A stretch of 64,000 nt of DNA, taken from Neophaeotheca triangularis (lineage: Eukaryota). Shown piece after piece: positions 26,195 to 37,984 of the stretch. Each line of letters opens with the position of its first letter. The stretch's first letter is position 1. The notes under the pieces are model-generated. The model did not search any database. It was not told where the DNA came from and was given only the letters and a program-made list of their open reading frames with translations. Both the position numbers and the translations under genes were made by a program. Location of the stretch: contig BAAIJX010000001.1 of assembly GCA_054600435.1 (NCBI GenBank), forward strand, positions 744,001 through 808,000, given 5' to 3'.

Positions 26195-28188
26195 ATGGCG
26201 CGCAAGTATCTAGGAGGGTCAGGCTCGAGCCTGACAGTTTGGATATCAATGTAAGTGACTTGAATACAGAGGGTGACCAGGCATGCTAACAGAACACCCA
26301 GATGTGCTTCAACCATCCTAATCTTCTACGGCTACGACCAAGGCGTCTTCGGCAACGTCATCATCCATCAGAACTTCCTCGAGACCTTCGGCAACCCTTC
26401 CGCCGACGTCCAGGGCACCATGACCTCCGTCTACAACCTAGGCTGTTTCGGTGGCGCAATGAGCACAGTCTGGACCGGCGACAAACTCGGCCGTCCACGC
26501 CAGCTCCTTCTAGGCTCCATTGTGATCGGTCTCGGCGCCATAATCCAAACCGCCTGCTGGGACGTCGGCCAAATGTACGCAGGGCGAGTCATCGCGGGTC
26601 TAGGAACGGGCATGAACACCGCCACCGCGGGTGTCTGGCAGGCCGAGACGTCGAAGATGAGCAGTCGCGGGAAACTCGTGATAATCCAAATGGCCAACTG
26701 CATTACTGGTTTCTCGCTCAGCAATTGGCTTACTCTGGGCTTCTCTTTCTTCCCCGGTAGCGTTGCTTGGAGGTTCCCTTTGGCTTTCCAGCTCTTTTTT
26801 ACTTTTTGCGTCTGTGCTATGGCGCCGTTTTTGCCGGATAGTCCCCGTTTGTTGATCAGGAAGGGGAAGTATGAGGAGGCCAGGGAGGTCATTGCCGCGC
26901 TTGAGGGCAACGGCGCTACTATCGAGTCTGACGTCGTGAAGGCCCAATTCAACGTCATTAAAGAGGTCCTGGACCACGAACATGAAAATAATTGCTCCTG
27001 GTGGTTTTTGCTCACCGGCCGTGGCCCTCCCGGCGCCCTTCGTCGCCTGCTGCTCGGCTGCTGGGCTCAAATCGAAAATCAAGTGAGCGGAATTAATGTC
27101 ACGTGAGTCGCCGGGAGCGAAAGGGGAGCCTCGAAAGTTGACCTTTCGTTGTGTCCCCGGCCGATCTTCGAGAAAAATCGACCCCAGCTGACACAAAGTT
27201 TGAAAATTTTCCAGGTCCTATTTCATGAGCTACATCTTCATCAACAGCCTTGGCATCTCCGAGCTCCTCTCGCGTATCCTCGCGGCCGCGGGCTCCGTCG
27301 ACTACCTCATCTTCGCCTGCCTGGCCTACTTCGTCATCGAGAGATTCGGACGTCGCAAGGTCATGATGTGCAGTGCGGCTGCGTGCTCGTGCTGCTGGGT
27401 GGGCATCGCCGTATCGCAGGGTATTGCGGAGAATGGAGGGGACCAATACGTCTGTGGCTCGATCTCAGTGCTCTTCTTCTTCCTCTTTTTTGCTTCTTTT
27501 GGTATGGGGGTTTTGGGCATTCCTTGGCGTAAGTCAGCTTGGAGGCAGAGACCAGCCCAGACCTGTAATTGCTGACTTATTCTGCTTCTAGTCTATCCCT
27601 CAGAAATCAACGCGTTGGAGTTCAGGACCAAGGGAGCATCACTGGTGAGTATCCTGCCACACAAATTTGACACAAGGGGGCAATATCCGGCAAAAGGGGG
27701 GTAAAAAGACCAAACTCGTCCACTAACGCATCTACTCCCAGGCCATGGCCTCGAACTGGATAAGCAACTACGCGTAAGCAATACCATTACCCACCCAGTC
27801 CTCCCAACTACACAAACAAATCTAACCCCCATATCCCAACAGAGTCGTCCAAGCAACCCTCCCAGGCATCGAAAACATCGGCTACAAATTCTGGATCATC
27901 TGGGCCTGCATCTGCTTTGCTTTCGTGCCCATCACTTGGCTCTTCTACCCCGAGACTGCCAACAGGACTCTCGAGGACATTGACCGGTTGTTTGATACTC
28001 GGCCGGGAGTCATTGTGGCTTTTAATAAGGAGGCTACGCAGCTGAGGCGGCCCGTGAGATATATTGAGGAGGATGAGCGGATTGCGGTGGCGGTTGGGGA
28101 GAAAGGGGGGAACGGAGATGTGGGGGAGGAGAAGGGGGTTGATGTGGTGGTGCAGATGGAGGAGAGGGTTGGGGAGAGGGGCCTGTGA
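26195..28188 (+). CDS. MFS sugar porter (STL1-like), multi-exon
   Basis: MARKYLGG..; motifs FYGYDQGVFG, GDKLGRPR, WQAETS, WRFPLAFQ, PDSPRLL, ERFGRRK and YPETANRTLEDID. Confidence 0.9.
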
Positions 28189-28525
28189 AGCGTCGGTTTG
28201 TAACTAGTTGGTCTGCGTCGGTCGTTGTGGCTGCTCGAGACTACAGGCTCGGGCACAGTTAGCACCTCGCGTCCTGCTGGTTCTCATTACTACGGCTCTC
28301 GTCGAGCCTCAGGAGCCATGCCCCACAAGGCTGTCCTGAAGCCATTGCCACCATCGTTCCTGTATCGAAACTCAGGCTATATCTGGGACGCAACATCTGC
28401 GAACAGCTTGACAAACACCTTGACATCCATTCTAGTTAGTTGATTGATCCTGAGCAAGACCGGTTCAATGATTCTGAATTATTCAATTATATATCCCACC
28501 AAAAGCTTCAGCCGTAAAGAATAAT

Positions 28526-30391
28526 TTAGTGGTATTTCCCACTTTTTCTTCCCTTCTTCTTTTCTTTCCCCTCCTTCTTCATTTCTTCCTCGTACGCCTC
28601 CCTAATACCCTGCTCGAGTCTAGGCTCAACCTTGCCAAATTGCAGCATCAAGTTGTCAAAGACTTCTTGGTTGTCAACATTGACCAAAGTGCCAGCAATG
28701 TTGCCGTAAAGGTTCTGCTTGTCGCCTTCCGAGAACGAAAGGTAGAATTGGCGTCTGTGGATTATAAGTGATCAGCGTGCGTATTCAAGATGGAGATGTG
28801 AAATGAGGGAGATCTTACGGTTGCTCATAGTCGATGTTGTCATCGATAGTGGACTGCCAGTGCACGGTAGAGTCGCCGAGTTCTTGCTCGATGACGGTGT
28901 CTGGCCTGTCAATTACGTTGATGGGGTCGATGTACTCGGCTGGGAAGTTCTTGCGGGAGCCTTGGTTACCGTGGACGGCAAGGTGACCATCGCGATCGAA
29001 ATTTGCCACGCTGGAGAAGGGGCAGTTCACGGGGATGTCCTCAGTGTTGACACCGATGCGGTAACGGGCAGCATCGTTGTAAGCGAAGAGTCGGGACTGT
29101 AGGACGGGGTCGTTGGATGGCTCCCAACCTGGTACAATGTTACCAGGGGAGAAGTGAGCTTGCTCAACCTCGGCATGGTAGTTGTCGGGGTTCTGGGTAA
29201 GGACTATCCGACCGACTTCATTGTACGTGACACTCGTGTAGCCCGTAGTGTTGGGCTCCAGCCAATCCTTCGTGAGATCGAAGATGTCGTAGGGATATGC
29301 GTCGGCTTGCTCTTGAGTCATGGTAGCAATGCCCACGGTCCAGGATGGGAAGTTGCCCTCGTCGATCGCGCCGAACAAGTCTGCGGTCGCCCAGGCGTCG
29401 TTGTCGCCTCTCTTCTCGGCTGCCTCGGAGTCGGTGAAGTTCTTAATGCCTTGGTCGGTGAAGACGCCGACACGGCAGTAGACCCAGCTCCCATCGTCGT
29501 TGACGAGTTTGTAGGTGTGGCCAGACCAGCCGTGCATGTGTCGGAAGCCGTAGGGAGTACCTAGGTCCGAGAACAGACGGATGAACTGTAGCATGGCCTC
29601 AGGGAACTGGGCGGGCCAACTCCAGAAAGTGTTCCAATCCCTTTCGTTGGTCTGGGGGTCGGTCTTTTGGGTGTGAATGAAAGGCGGGAACTTGGCAGGG
29701 TCGCGGATGAAGAATCTTCATTATGGATTAGCACACAGTCCTTGGAGGATCTACAAGGTGGACATACACAGGAGTGTTGTTGAACACCCAATCAAGAATG
29801 CCCTGCTTGGTGCGAAACTTGATTGAGAAACCGCGGGGATCGCGAGCTTGATCTGCGCTGCCCCGGGCGCCGCCCACAGTCGAGAAGCGCATAGTGACCG
29901 ATGTGCGGGTGCCTTTCTTGAAAACCTCTGCGGCAGAGAGGTTCTCAGCGAAGTCGGTGGTGGCCTCGAAGACTACAAAGAGTCAGCATGTTGTTGGAAG
30001 TAGGAATGATGTGGATATACGTACATCCATGGGCACCGGCACCGCGTGCGTGAACTACACGCTCGGGCACTCTTTCCCTGTTAAAGGTGGCGAGCGTGTC
30101 GACGAGGTGAACATCTTGCAGCAGCAACGGGCCTCGCTCGCCAGCTCTTTGTGCACCCAAGGGTTGGAACTCTTGTTTCCCATTACGCCATGTGTACGTG
30201 AGATCGGAATTGTTGAGCGAAGATTCCTCTTGTTTGCGGTTGGTGCCTTGGAAGAGATCGGTTTGATAGACGCTTTCCTGTTCGCCGGCATCAAAGCCTG
30301 GTTGCGTAACTCTCTTTAGACCTGGGCGGCTGTCAGGAGAAACGCCTGCGACTAGCGGCACTGCTAGTAGAGCGGAAAGTAGGAATTTCAT
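28526..30391 (-). CDS. Monofunctional heme catalase, small-subunit size, with N-terminal signal peptide
   Basis: [20 protein letters not shown] (distal His), [25 protein letters not shown] (proximal Tyr). Starts [16 protein letters not shown] and ends [17 protein letters not shown] (stop 28526-28528). Three introns. Confidence 0.92.
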
Positions 30392-31616
30392 GTTGACGAT
30401 TCTGCTGTATGAGGCAAGTCGACGAGCGTCGTCCCGCATACACATGGTCGTCGCATCGTTCTTATAACTTGCCTCAATGTGCTTTGTTCCCTAGCGTCCT
30501 GCTCTGCCATCTCAATCCAAGCCTTGGACAAGCTGATGTTCTGGCGCCAAGTTCTGCCGATTACGCAGCGAGAACGCACGCTATCGGACTGGACAGACCA
30601 CGACAGGGTGGACGGGGTATCCACAGTCGGCGTCGCTGCTCCTTTAGGAAGAAGGCCAGCGAGATTCTGGTAGATCAAACCTCGCTCGCAGCTCGAGCAT
30701 AGCGAGCAATAATAATATGTTTGAAGTCATACTTAGTCCTCGTTGCGGGTTCCACTTCTCTTCTTACGACATTGTCAAGCTTTTGCGCGCTGCTCCGAGT
30801 CGGCGGCCGCTGGTTTCGAAACAGCACAAGTCGATGGGGGGCGAGAAGTCAATTTTATTGTATGCTCGACTTGTACGGCGTGAGGCCCACGGACCGCCGA
30901 GAGGAGGAGAAAGCTGCCGAGAGAGTATCACGGCCGCCGCATGGACTTGGCGGAATGCGCAGAAGTAACATGTGTTGCATGTCAGTGGTCATTTTCCATT
31001 TCCCGTGTGCAGGGCAGGGCATATGCGGCCACGGAGGAGGGCCATGGCAGGTAGTGCGGAGGGTGATGGATATTCGTGGAAATGCAGTTGAAGGTGATTG
31101 ATGGTGTGACGATTAGGCATTGGCGGCTTGTTTTGTGACGATCCTCACAACGGCGCCTGGCCAGTGATTTTTCATGGCATCCAAGAGAAACTTGGAAGCT
31201 TGTCAACGCCCTACGATCTGCTCTGTAATTGTATATGTGCTAAGAAGCTAAGGTTGGCGGAGAAAAGAGACGGAACCCTTCATCAGGCCACTCATGACGA
31301 GTACATATAGAGACAAGAGGCTTTGAACCACCTGCAGCATACAAAAAACATCGTCCTATTACAACACAGAGTAGTCGTCACGTGATAGTGGCAAGAAGCA
31401 AAAGCCCCCAGCAGCTGAAAGCGGCATAGCGTGGTTGGACAACCGAGCTCGAGTGGACTTGGAGACTCACTTGACCACTGAACCCGCTGAGTCGCTGACA
31501 CCTGGACCATCTAGCCCCAACATATACACCAGCTTCTCGTACGATGGCGCAATCGGCTTTGATCTCCATGAATATAACCAGAGTCTCGTGGTCGGACGGA
31601 CCTGGCTCGTCCGAAC

Positions 31617-33458
31617 ATGCCATTGTCGGATGAAGAGGAGGAGCATGAGTTGAATTCCTTTCTACCATCCGAGACGACAGACAGCATGGACACCGAGCAC
31701 GATGCTCTCCCTGATGATTCCCAAGGGCATCCCGACTCACGAGTACAGCGCAGGACGCTGCTGAAGCTGGACACGATACTTTTACCCTTTCTCTCGATAC
31801 TATTCCTGTTGAACAGCCTCGACAAAACGAACATTGGCAACGCCGAGAGCGGTGGTTTTACTCATGATGCCGGACTCAGCGAGTACGACTTGAACATAGC
31901 CTTGGCTTTCTTTTTTGCCTTCTTCGTTGCTCTACAGCCAGTGGGAGCCGCGCTGGGAAGGAGGTATGGCATGGCACGTTGGGTCCCAGCATGTATGACG
32001 CTGTGGGGATTGAGCACGTGTCTTCATGTCTTCGTCCATAAGAGATGGCAACTCGTGTTGCTGAGGGTGGTTATTGCTGCGTTGGAGGCTGGCTTCTATC
32101 CAACCACGGTCTCCTACCTGAGCATGTTCTATACAAAATGGGAGTTTGCGAAGAGGCTGGCTGTTTTCTATGGCCAAAGCGCTATCGCTCCAGCAATAGG
32201 CGGTGTCTTGAGTTGGATAGTCTTTCGTCAATATCCCAGGTCGGGAGAAGGAGGACCCCAACTACCGCCCCGAGAGTCTATCGCTGAGCAGCAAGGTGGA
32301 TGGAAGAACTGGCAGGTTCTCTTCGTGCTCGAGGGTTCTGTGACTATATGCATAGCTCTACTAGGTTTCGTGTGGCTTCCACACAGCGCGGATACCGCAT
32401 GGTTCTTGACCCCGGAAGAAAGACAATGGGCCGAAGAACGCATACGACTCGACCGCGAGGGCAGCCAAATCAGCTACAAACGTCGGGCTAGTTCCATCAC
32501 TCCCAGACGCATTTCCGATGACGGCGATCCCACTGGTGTACCTCTACACCTAGATGGAGCTACCCCTGGCGAAGTACACCGTGGACTTCTCGACCAAGAG
32601 GTTGGAGTGCCTCTAGACCGCCAGTACAGCACCATCTCCACCATCTCAGTGACGGCAGACTCTGGCCTAAACAGACACGACATCATTTCAGCTGTGCTCA
32701 ACTACAAGATCTGGCTCTTGCTAGTTTGTAACATTTTGTCAGCCATCCCTGCTACAGCTTTCGGCGTTTTTCTACCCCTCGTCATCAAGGACCTATACCC
32801 TTCTCTCCACCTCTCGCCAGCAGCGTCAAACCTTCTATCAGCCCCGCCTTTCGCATTCGGGGCCATCATATTGTTCATCTTTACAGCATGGTCAGACCGC
32901 AGCAAGAAGCGCCTGACACCAATACTCTGGGGTCTAGGCTTGCTACTGGTGGGGCTGACGCTTACGGTCATGATACCCACAAACAAGTACACATTACGAT
33001 ACTTGTCGCTATGCGTCCTCCTCAGTGGGTCATACGTCGCCTCACCACTTACCGTCGCCTGGCTTACCAACAACACCCCTGAGCCGGGCAAACGTGCCAT
33101 CTTGTTGGGTATCAATGGTTGGGGCAACCTGGCAGGTGTCTTCAGCGCACTACTGTTCAAACCGGACGACGAGAAAAGCGGTTATATCAGGCCCTTTATT
33201 GTAACCTTGTGTTGTGTGATCGCAAGCTTCGTCGGCTTCGTCGCGTTCAAAGCGCTGCTAGTGGGAGAGAACCGATGGCGAAAGAAGGTGGTATCGACTT
33301 TGGAAGAAGACGAGGTCGAACGAGAAGAGATTCTCGGTGACGCTGGAGGATCTCCAAGCCGTGTTCTCGCGGGCGGCCTTGATACTATTGCGCGGCGTTT
33401 AGGAGGAGATGGCAGGCGCAGGGGGGATGAGAAGCTGACCTTCCAGTACGGACTTTGA
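31617..33458 (+). CDS. MFS anion:cation symporter (Dal5/Tna1-like permease)
   Basis: Motifs KLDTILLP..LNSLDKTNIGNA, LEAGFYP..YLSMFY, WQVLFVLEG and FLTPEER. Intronless, 613 aa. Confidence 0.88.
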   Translation: MPLSDEEEEHELNSFLPSETTDSMDTEHDALPDDSQGHPDSRVQRRTLLKLDTILLPFLSILFLLNSLDKTNIGNAESGGFTHDAGLSEYDLNIALAFFFAFFVALQPVGAALGRRYGMARWVPACMTLWGLSTCLHVFVHKRWQLVLLRVVIAALEAGFYPTTVSYLSMFYTKWEFAKRLAVFYGQSAIAPAIGGVLSWIVFRQYPRSGEGGPQLPPRESIAEQQGGWKNWQVLFVLEGSVTICIALLGFVWLPHSADTAWFLTPEERQWAEERIRLDREGSQISYKRRASSITPRRISDDGDPTGVPLHLDGATPGEVHRGLLDQEVGVPLDRQYSTISTISVTADSGLNRHDIISAVLNYKIWLLLVCNILSAIPATAFGVFLPLVIKDLYPSLHLSPAASNLLSAPPFAFGAIILFIFTAWSDRSKKRLTPILWGLGLLLVGLTLTVMIPTNKYTLRYLSLCVLLSGSYVASPLTVAWLTNNTPEPGKRAILLGINGWGNLAGVFSALLFKPDDEKSGYIRPFIVTLCCVIASFVGFVAFKALLVGENRWRKKVVSTLEEDEVEREEILGDAGGSPSRVLAGGLDTIARRLGGDGRRRGDEKLTFQYGL

Positions 33459-34001
33459 GGCGCATTCGGTGGAGCAATTGGCCTCTTAAAGATACCCTGT
33501 TCGATTGAACATAAGTCTGTACCAAGAATTTCCTCACTAAAGCTGTCCCCATTGCATGGTCGATTTCTATCATTCCCAACGTGCCCGTTTGCTTCCTGAA
33601 AAAAGACAGTCCAATAAGGCCGTATGCTTTCCTATAGTCGTATTTGCTGATTGAAGACTAAGTACCACGACTACTAGTACCTACATAGTAGGTACGACTA
33701 GTACGTTTAGATAGGAGATACTGAGTCGAGGGACTTGCACTGGGAAGCTTCACTAGCGCTGTCGACTCATCATGCCTCACCTGGTCAAAGCGGGGCTGAG
33801 GCTTGCAGGTGCCTACATACATACATAGGTTTCCCGAATATAAGGGAACAAACATCATCTCTCTTCCTTTTCCTTTCTCTTCCTCTCCTCTCATCTCTTC
33901 TCTCCTCTATCACCGTCCTTTTTGCCTAACTCACGCCGTCAGCCGACGACCACACATATTCAAATCAAAAGCCTAGGCCTCGGCTAGAGGCCGTCACCCA
34001 A

Positions 34002-34724
34002 GTGCAACAATGGGAAGCGGATGTTCATCAGCAGCAGCTGCGATCAAACAGAGCGTGGGATTTCTCCGACCCTCTCAATCAATGTTCTCAGACGACTGGA
34101 CATAACGACTCGTTCAATTGCATCGACTTTGAGAACTACGATTTTGGTTTCCCGGCCATCGATTCTGACTTCCAAGACCTCCTCGACCCCGGCTCTCTAC
34201 CCGCCAGCACGCTCGGCCCCTTGCCTACCTCGATGACCTCTTCAGTCGAAACTCCGTTCTCCACCGTCGAAAAGGCCGTCGAAACATGTCCGGATATCGA
34301 CTTTGGCTCCTTCTCTACCGCTGCAGAGTGTCTCGACAATAACCCTTGCCATGATTTCACCCTGTACCCATCGCCTCAGCAGACGGTCCCAGGTTCAAAC
34401 GCTTCCCCCGAGCTACCTTCTACTTTTACCACAACCACGACTACGACAGCAAACGCTTCCCCAGACGGCTTTCACAACAGCACCGAGCCCAAATCGCGCA
34501 AGCGCCCAGCACTCGAAACCTCGCCCGGTCCACAATCCAAGTCCCAGCGCCGCGAAGCCAACACCCAAGCCGCCCGTCGCTACCGCCAGAAGAAAGTCGA
34601 TCGTGTCAACGAGCTGGAAGCGGCGCTTGCTGCCGTCAGTCGTGAGCGCGATGAGCTGAAACTCAAACTCGCCGGGGCCGAGACGGAGATGAAGGTTCTG
34701 AGACGAATGGCGGACGGAAGATAG
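34002..34724 (+). CDS. bZIP transcription factor, JlbA/IDI-4-like (Gcn4/Jun group); start codon uncertain
   Basis: Basic region RREANTQAARRYRQKK followed by leucine zipper (LEAALAAVSRERDELKLKL). Frame is open from 33930; first in-frame ATG is only at 34233. Confidence 0.8.
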   Translation: MQQWEADVHQQQLRSNRAWDFSDPLNQCSQTTGHNDSFNCIDFENYDFGFPAIDSDFQDLLDPGSLPASTLGPLPTSMTSSVETPFSTVEKAVETCPDIDFGSFSTAAECLDNNPCHDFTLYPSPQQTVPGSNASPELPSTFTTTTTTTANASPDGFHNSTEPKSRKRPALETSPGPQSKSQRREANTQAARRYRQKKVDRVNELEAALAAVSRERDELKLKLAGAETEMKVLRRMADGR

Positions 34725-34977
34725 GCCTGTTCAGCTGTAAACCAATGTAGCCAGCCGCGTATCACATCTCGATACCTACCACGCTGCCGCATCGAATACT
34801 GTCACATTCCCACATCTCCTCTATTCATATTACCCAACCCCAAAACGACCATTCTCATTCCCAGCCCTACTCCTACTCTCAACCACCTCGATCTCGAAGC
34901 CCCCAGTATCTCCACCCGTGAACGCCGTCATCTAAAATATAAGTCATCTACCCAATCATCAGCATCACCACTCCCGA

Positions 34978-35108
34978 CTCTCAAACGATAAAGTCCCGAG
35001 GCGCCGACAAGGCACAAAAAGTCAATCGATGCCAGCAATCCGCATCACCGAGACCACGACCGGGTGTCTCTCGAGCAAGTTGATCCTTGGGATTTTCATC
35101 ACGCGAGG
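34978..35108 (-). ncRNA. Candidate intronic box C/D snoRNA in a non-coding host transcript
   Basis: Minus-strand intron 34932-35148 (AAG|GTAAGC..GCTGAT..TTTTAG) containing a C box GTGATGA, a C'-like TGATG and a D-like TTGA. Confidence 0.35.
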
Positions 35109-35568
35109 CCGCTAAGGGATATGAAAGCAAACGCAGCAGCGGGCTTACCTTCAAATGCGTCTCGCAGGCTCGGAGAAGCTACGGGCGGTAGCGGGGGGAA
35201 GGCAAGGGTGCGGTGAGGATGGAGTGGACAGTGGGACGGCAAGGAGGGGAGGTTGCGCTGTGCTGGATGTGCGTTAGAGGGACGTTGGGCGGGCGGGTCG
35301 GAGGTATTTATTCAGTCATGTAGACGTTTTGCACCGGCTTTGCGGCACTGTCGCGTTGGGAAGGAGTGCGGAAGATGCAAGATGGCTCATAGTCTGTCAT
35401 CCGGTCGTTGGGTGGGCCGGGGGTGTCGCGGGCATAACACGTGATGATCGAGTGCTGCAAGCATTTTGGACGGTTGTCAAGAGACTAGTGCTGATGTTAC
35501 GGGCGTAGCTGCTCTGAACGCTATGCTAACCGCATGTACAACGTAAACAAATATGCTATATCTTCCCA

Positions 35569-37984
35569 TTACGTCTCCTTACCCGGCGACGACGGCAGAG
35601 TACCAATATCGTACCCCTCGACTTTCTCCTCTGTAATCTTTACCGCGCCCTTTTTCTTGCTTCGGCCTTTGCTTTTGACGCCGCTTCGCGGTTTCACTAC
35701 CGTCTCGTCCCCAGTCGTGCCGTCTCCGTCGTCTCCAAACAAATAGCCCTTGCTTCCCCGCTTGCCGGGTGAAAAGGGAGAAGAGTCTGTGAAATTTCCC
35801 GCTGCTCCCGCTGCTGCGGTTGTAGAAGTTGAGGAGTCTTCGTCTCCTTCTTGTCCGAGCATCCAGGAAAAGGAGCTTTGGGCGAGGGTTGGCCGGGAAG
35901 AGTGCGGGTCGAAGGTGGGTGCTGGAGCTAGGTTAGATGACGAGGAAGTTGGTCGATCGAGAGGTTCGATCGCTTGAGGCTCTACTGCGCTAGGTTCGGT
36001 GACGGCGATTGGGGGTGCTGGGGAAGGCTCGGTGGGTTTCTCTTCCAGATCGTCCTCGAAGGTTGATGGATCGGCTAGCGTGTCGTTGATGGGATCTGAG
36101 ACTGGTCGCTGGGGTGATGGTGAAGTGGGCGGCTGTGCTTCCGCTTCTGGCAAAGGCGGCTGCGACAACGGATTCGCATCGCTGACGTCTGCTCGAGGTT
36201 GAGGAGGAGGGCTCTCATTAGGAAGAGGCAGGCCGCTATCATCAAGATACACTTGAACGAACTGAACTTTGGCAATTGCTAAGCTGAGCTGCTCAACGCT
36301 CTCGCCCGTTGGCGGATCTGGCTTTTCTTGAGCTTCAGTTGCTAATCGCTGATATTCCCACAATTCACCGACAGCGCCTTCGAGCAATTTGCCTAGCTGC
36401 TTATTGCGGTCTTCCAGTTCTGCGATCCTTTCTCTCGCCGTTTGTCCAGTATGAGAGCCTCTGTGCTTACGTATAACGGGCGTCGATGGTGTCTGCGATT
36501 CTCTAATTTCCTGGGCTCTCTTGTGGACCTCTGCGGCGGCGTTGCGCACGGCTTTGTTAATGCCCAGCTTCTCGCCTCTAGCGAAGATACCCTTGGCAGT
36601 AGACTGGAGGACTGCTTCAATATTGCTTGCTTGACGAGGCAGTCGAGGGGGTGACAGTCCCATACGAGTGGAAGCGGCTTTCATCGCTGCTTCTCCGGAG
36701 AAGGTAGTAATGTTACGCTGCAGTGCGGGTGGTGTGACAGGCCGCCCTTTGGGTACCAATGGCCTGCCCGTATACTTCAAGACCAAATAGCTAGCACCGT
36801 CTGAATGCATGTGTTCACGCAGATACAGAGCATCAAGTACAAAATTTTGCGCTGGGAATTCCTTCTCTGGCTGAGGATAGCGTAGCAAAAGCGTGAGTGC
36901 ACCATTGTAGTCGGACTCTAACAGCTCCCATCGTACGCGCAATAACATTGCCAAGCAGACATGATCGACAATTTCCAGAGACGAGTCTTCAGCAAACATA
37001 ACATCCCACATGGTAAGGACGTCATCGTAGGCGAACTCACGGCCAAAGAGCAAGCGAATCCATCGCATAAGAAAGATTTGAGGTAGAATGTCGATTTGAG
37101 CCAGATGCTCAGCCAACTCTTTATCGACGAGAGATAGCATTTCAGTCATTATACGACGGCTTCGTACAACTATTGGATTCTCGGTGCCGGAGTGTGTCGT
37201 CGGCTCGTAAAAGCTTTTGGCGTTTTGCATTATTTGGCTGAAGACAGCAAAGGTATCGTGCTCAGTGTGGTCCGAGTCGAAGACTGCTTTGATGTTTGCA
37301 TCCTCACCCATGGCCTTGCTGCCCTGGCCTAGATCCACGGCGTCTCGCTCAATAGCCCAAAGCACGGGAGCCGCCAACTCATGCATGCCTTGTCGATAGC
37401 CGATGTCTGGGTTGAGCTTGCAATATATGAAGAGTACGTCGAGCAACATTCGTTGCGTCTCTGGCTGGCGGAAGTAAAGATTCTCTGGCATGCAACGGTC
37501 CACGTCCTGTTGAATCTCAAGGCGGAGCTCCTCGTCCTTTACTGCGTCCGCCCAAGGCGACTTGTGATTCTTGCTTAGCATTCGTGAGGACGGAGGATTG
37601 ATTACACGACATGTACAAGAAGACTACTTACTTGGGAATCTCCGCTCAAAGGGTCCGTGTCGGCTTCAGGTTCCTCTTCGTCTGGTAGAAAGTGCATTCG
37701 AAGCGAATTGTACGCGGAGCGTGACGTCGACAGAGCCTGCGGCCATGTTGACGTGTCCAGGGTGTCAAGGAGTAAGAAGGCCTGAACAGCCAAGTCAGGT
37801 TGAGTCGCATATGCACTCCGCCTCGTTCAGGCTGACTTACCTTCCAGCACGCCGAGCGCAGGCCAGCTGTTGCGGCCGAATGCCTACTAGTGCCTTGGAG
37901 TCTGATTGCAGGTTTGAGGTCGGCAAGCGAGGGATATTGCTTCAACTCTTGCCAGCTGTCTCTTGCGGCATCGAGACTTCTCAT
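35569..37984 (-). CDS. TBC/Rab-GAP domain protein (TBC1D5/Gyp6-like), 3 exons
   Basis: Motifs GLRSACWK, EIQQDVDRC (IxxDxxR), YRQGMHEL (YxQ) and FLMRWIRLLFGREF. Confidence 0.9.
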
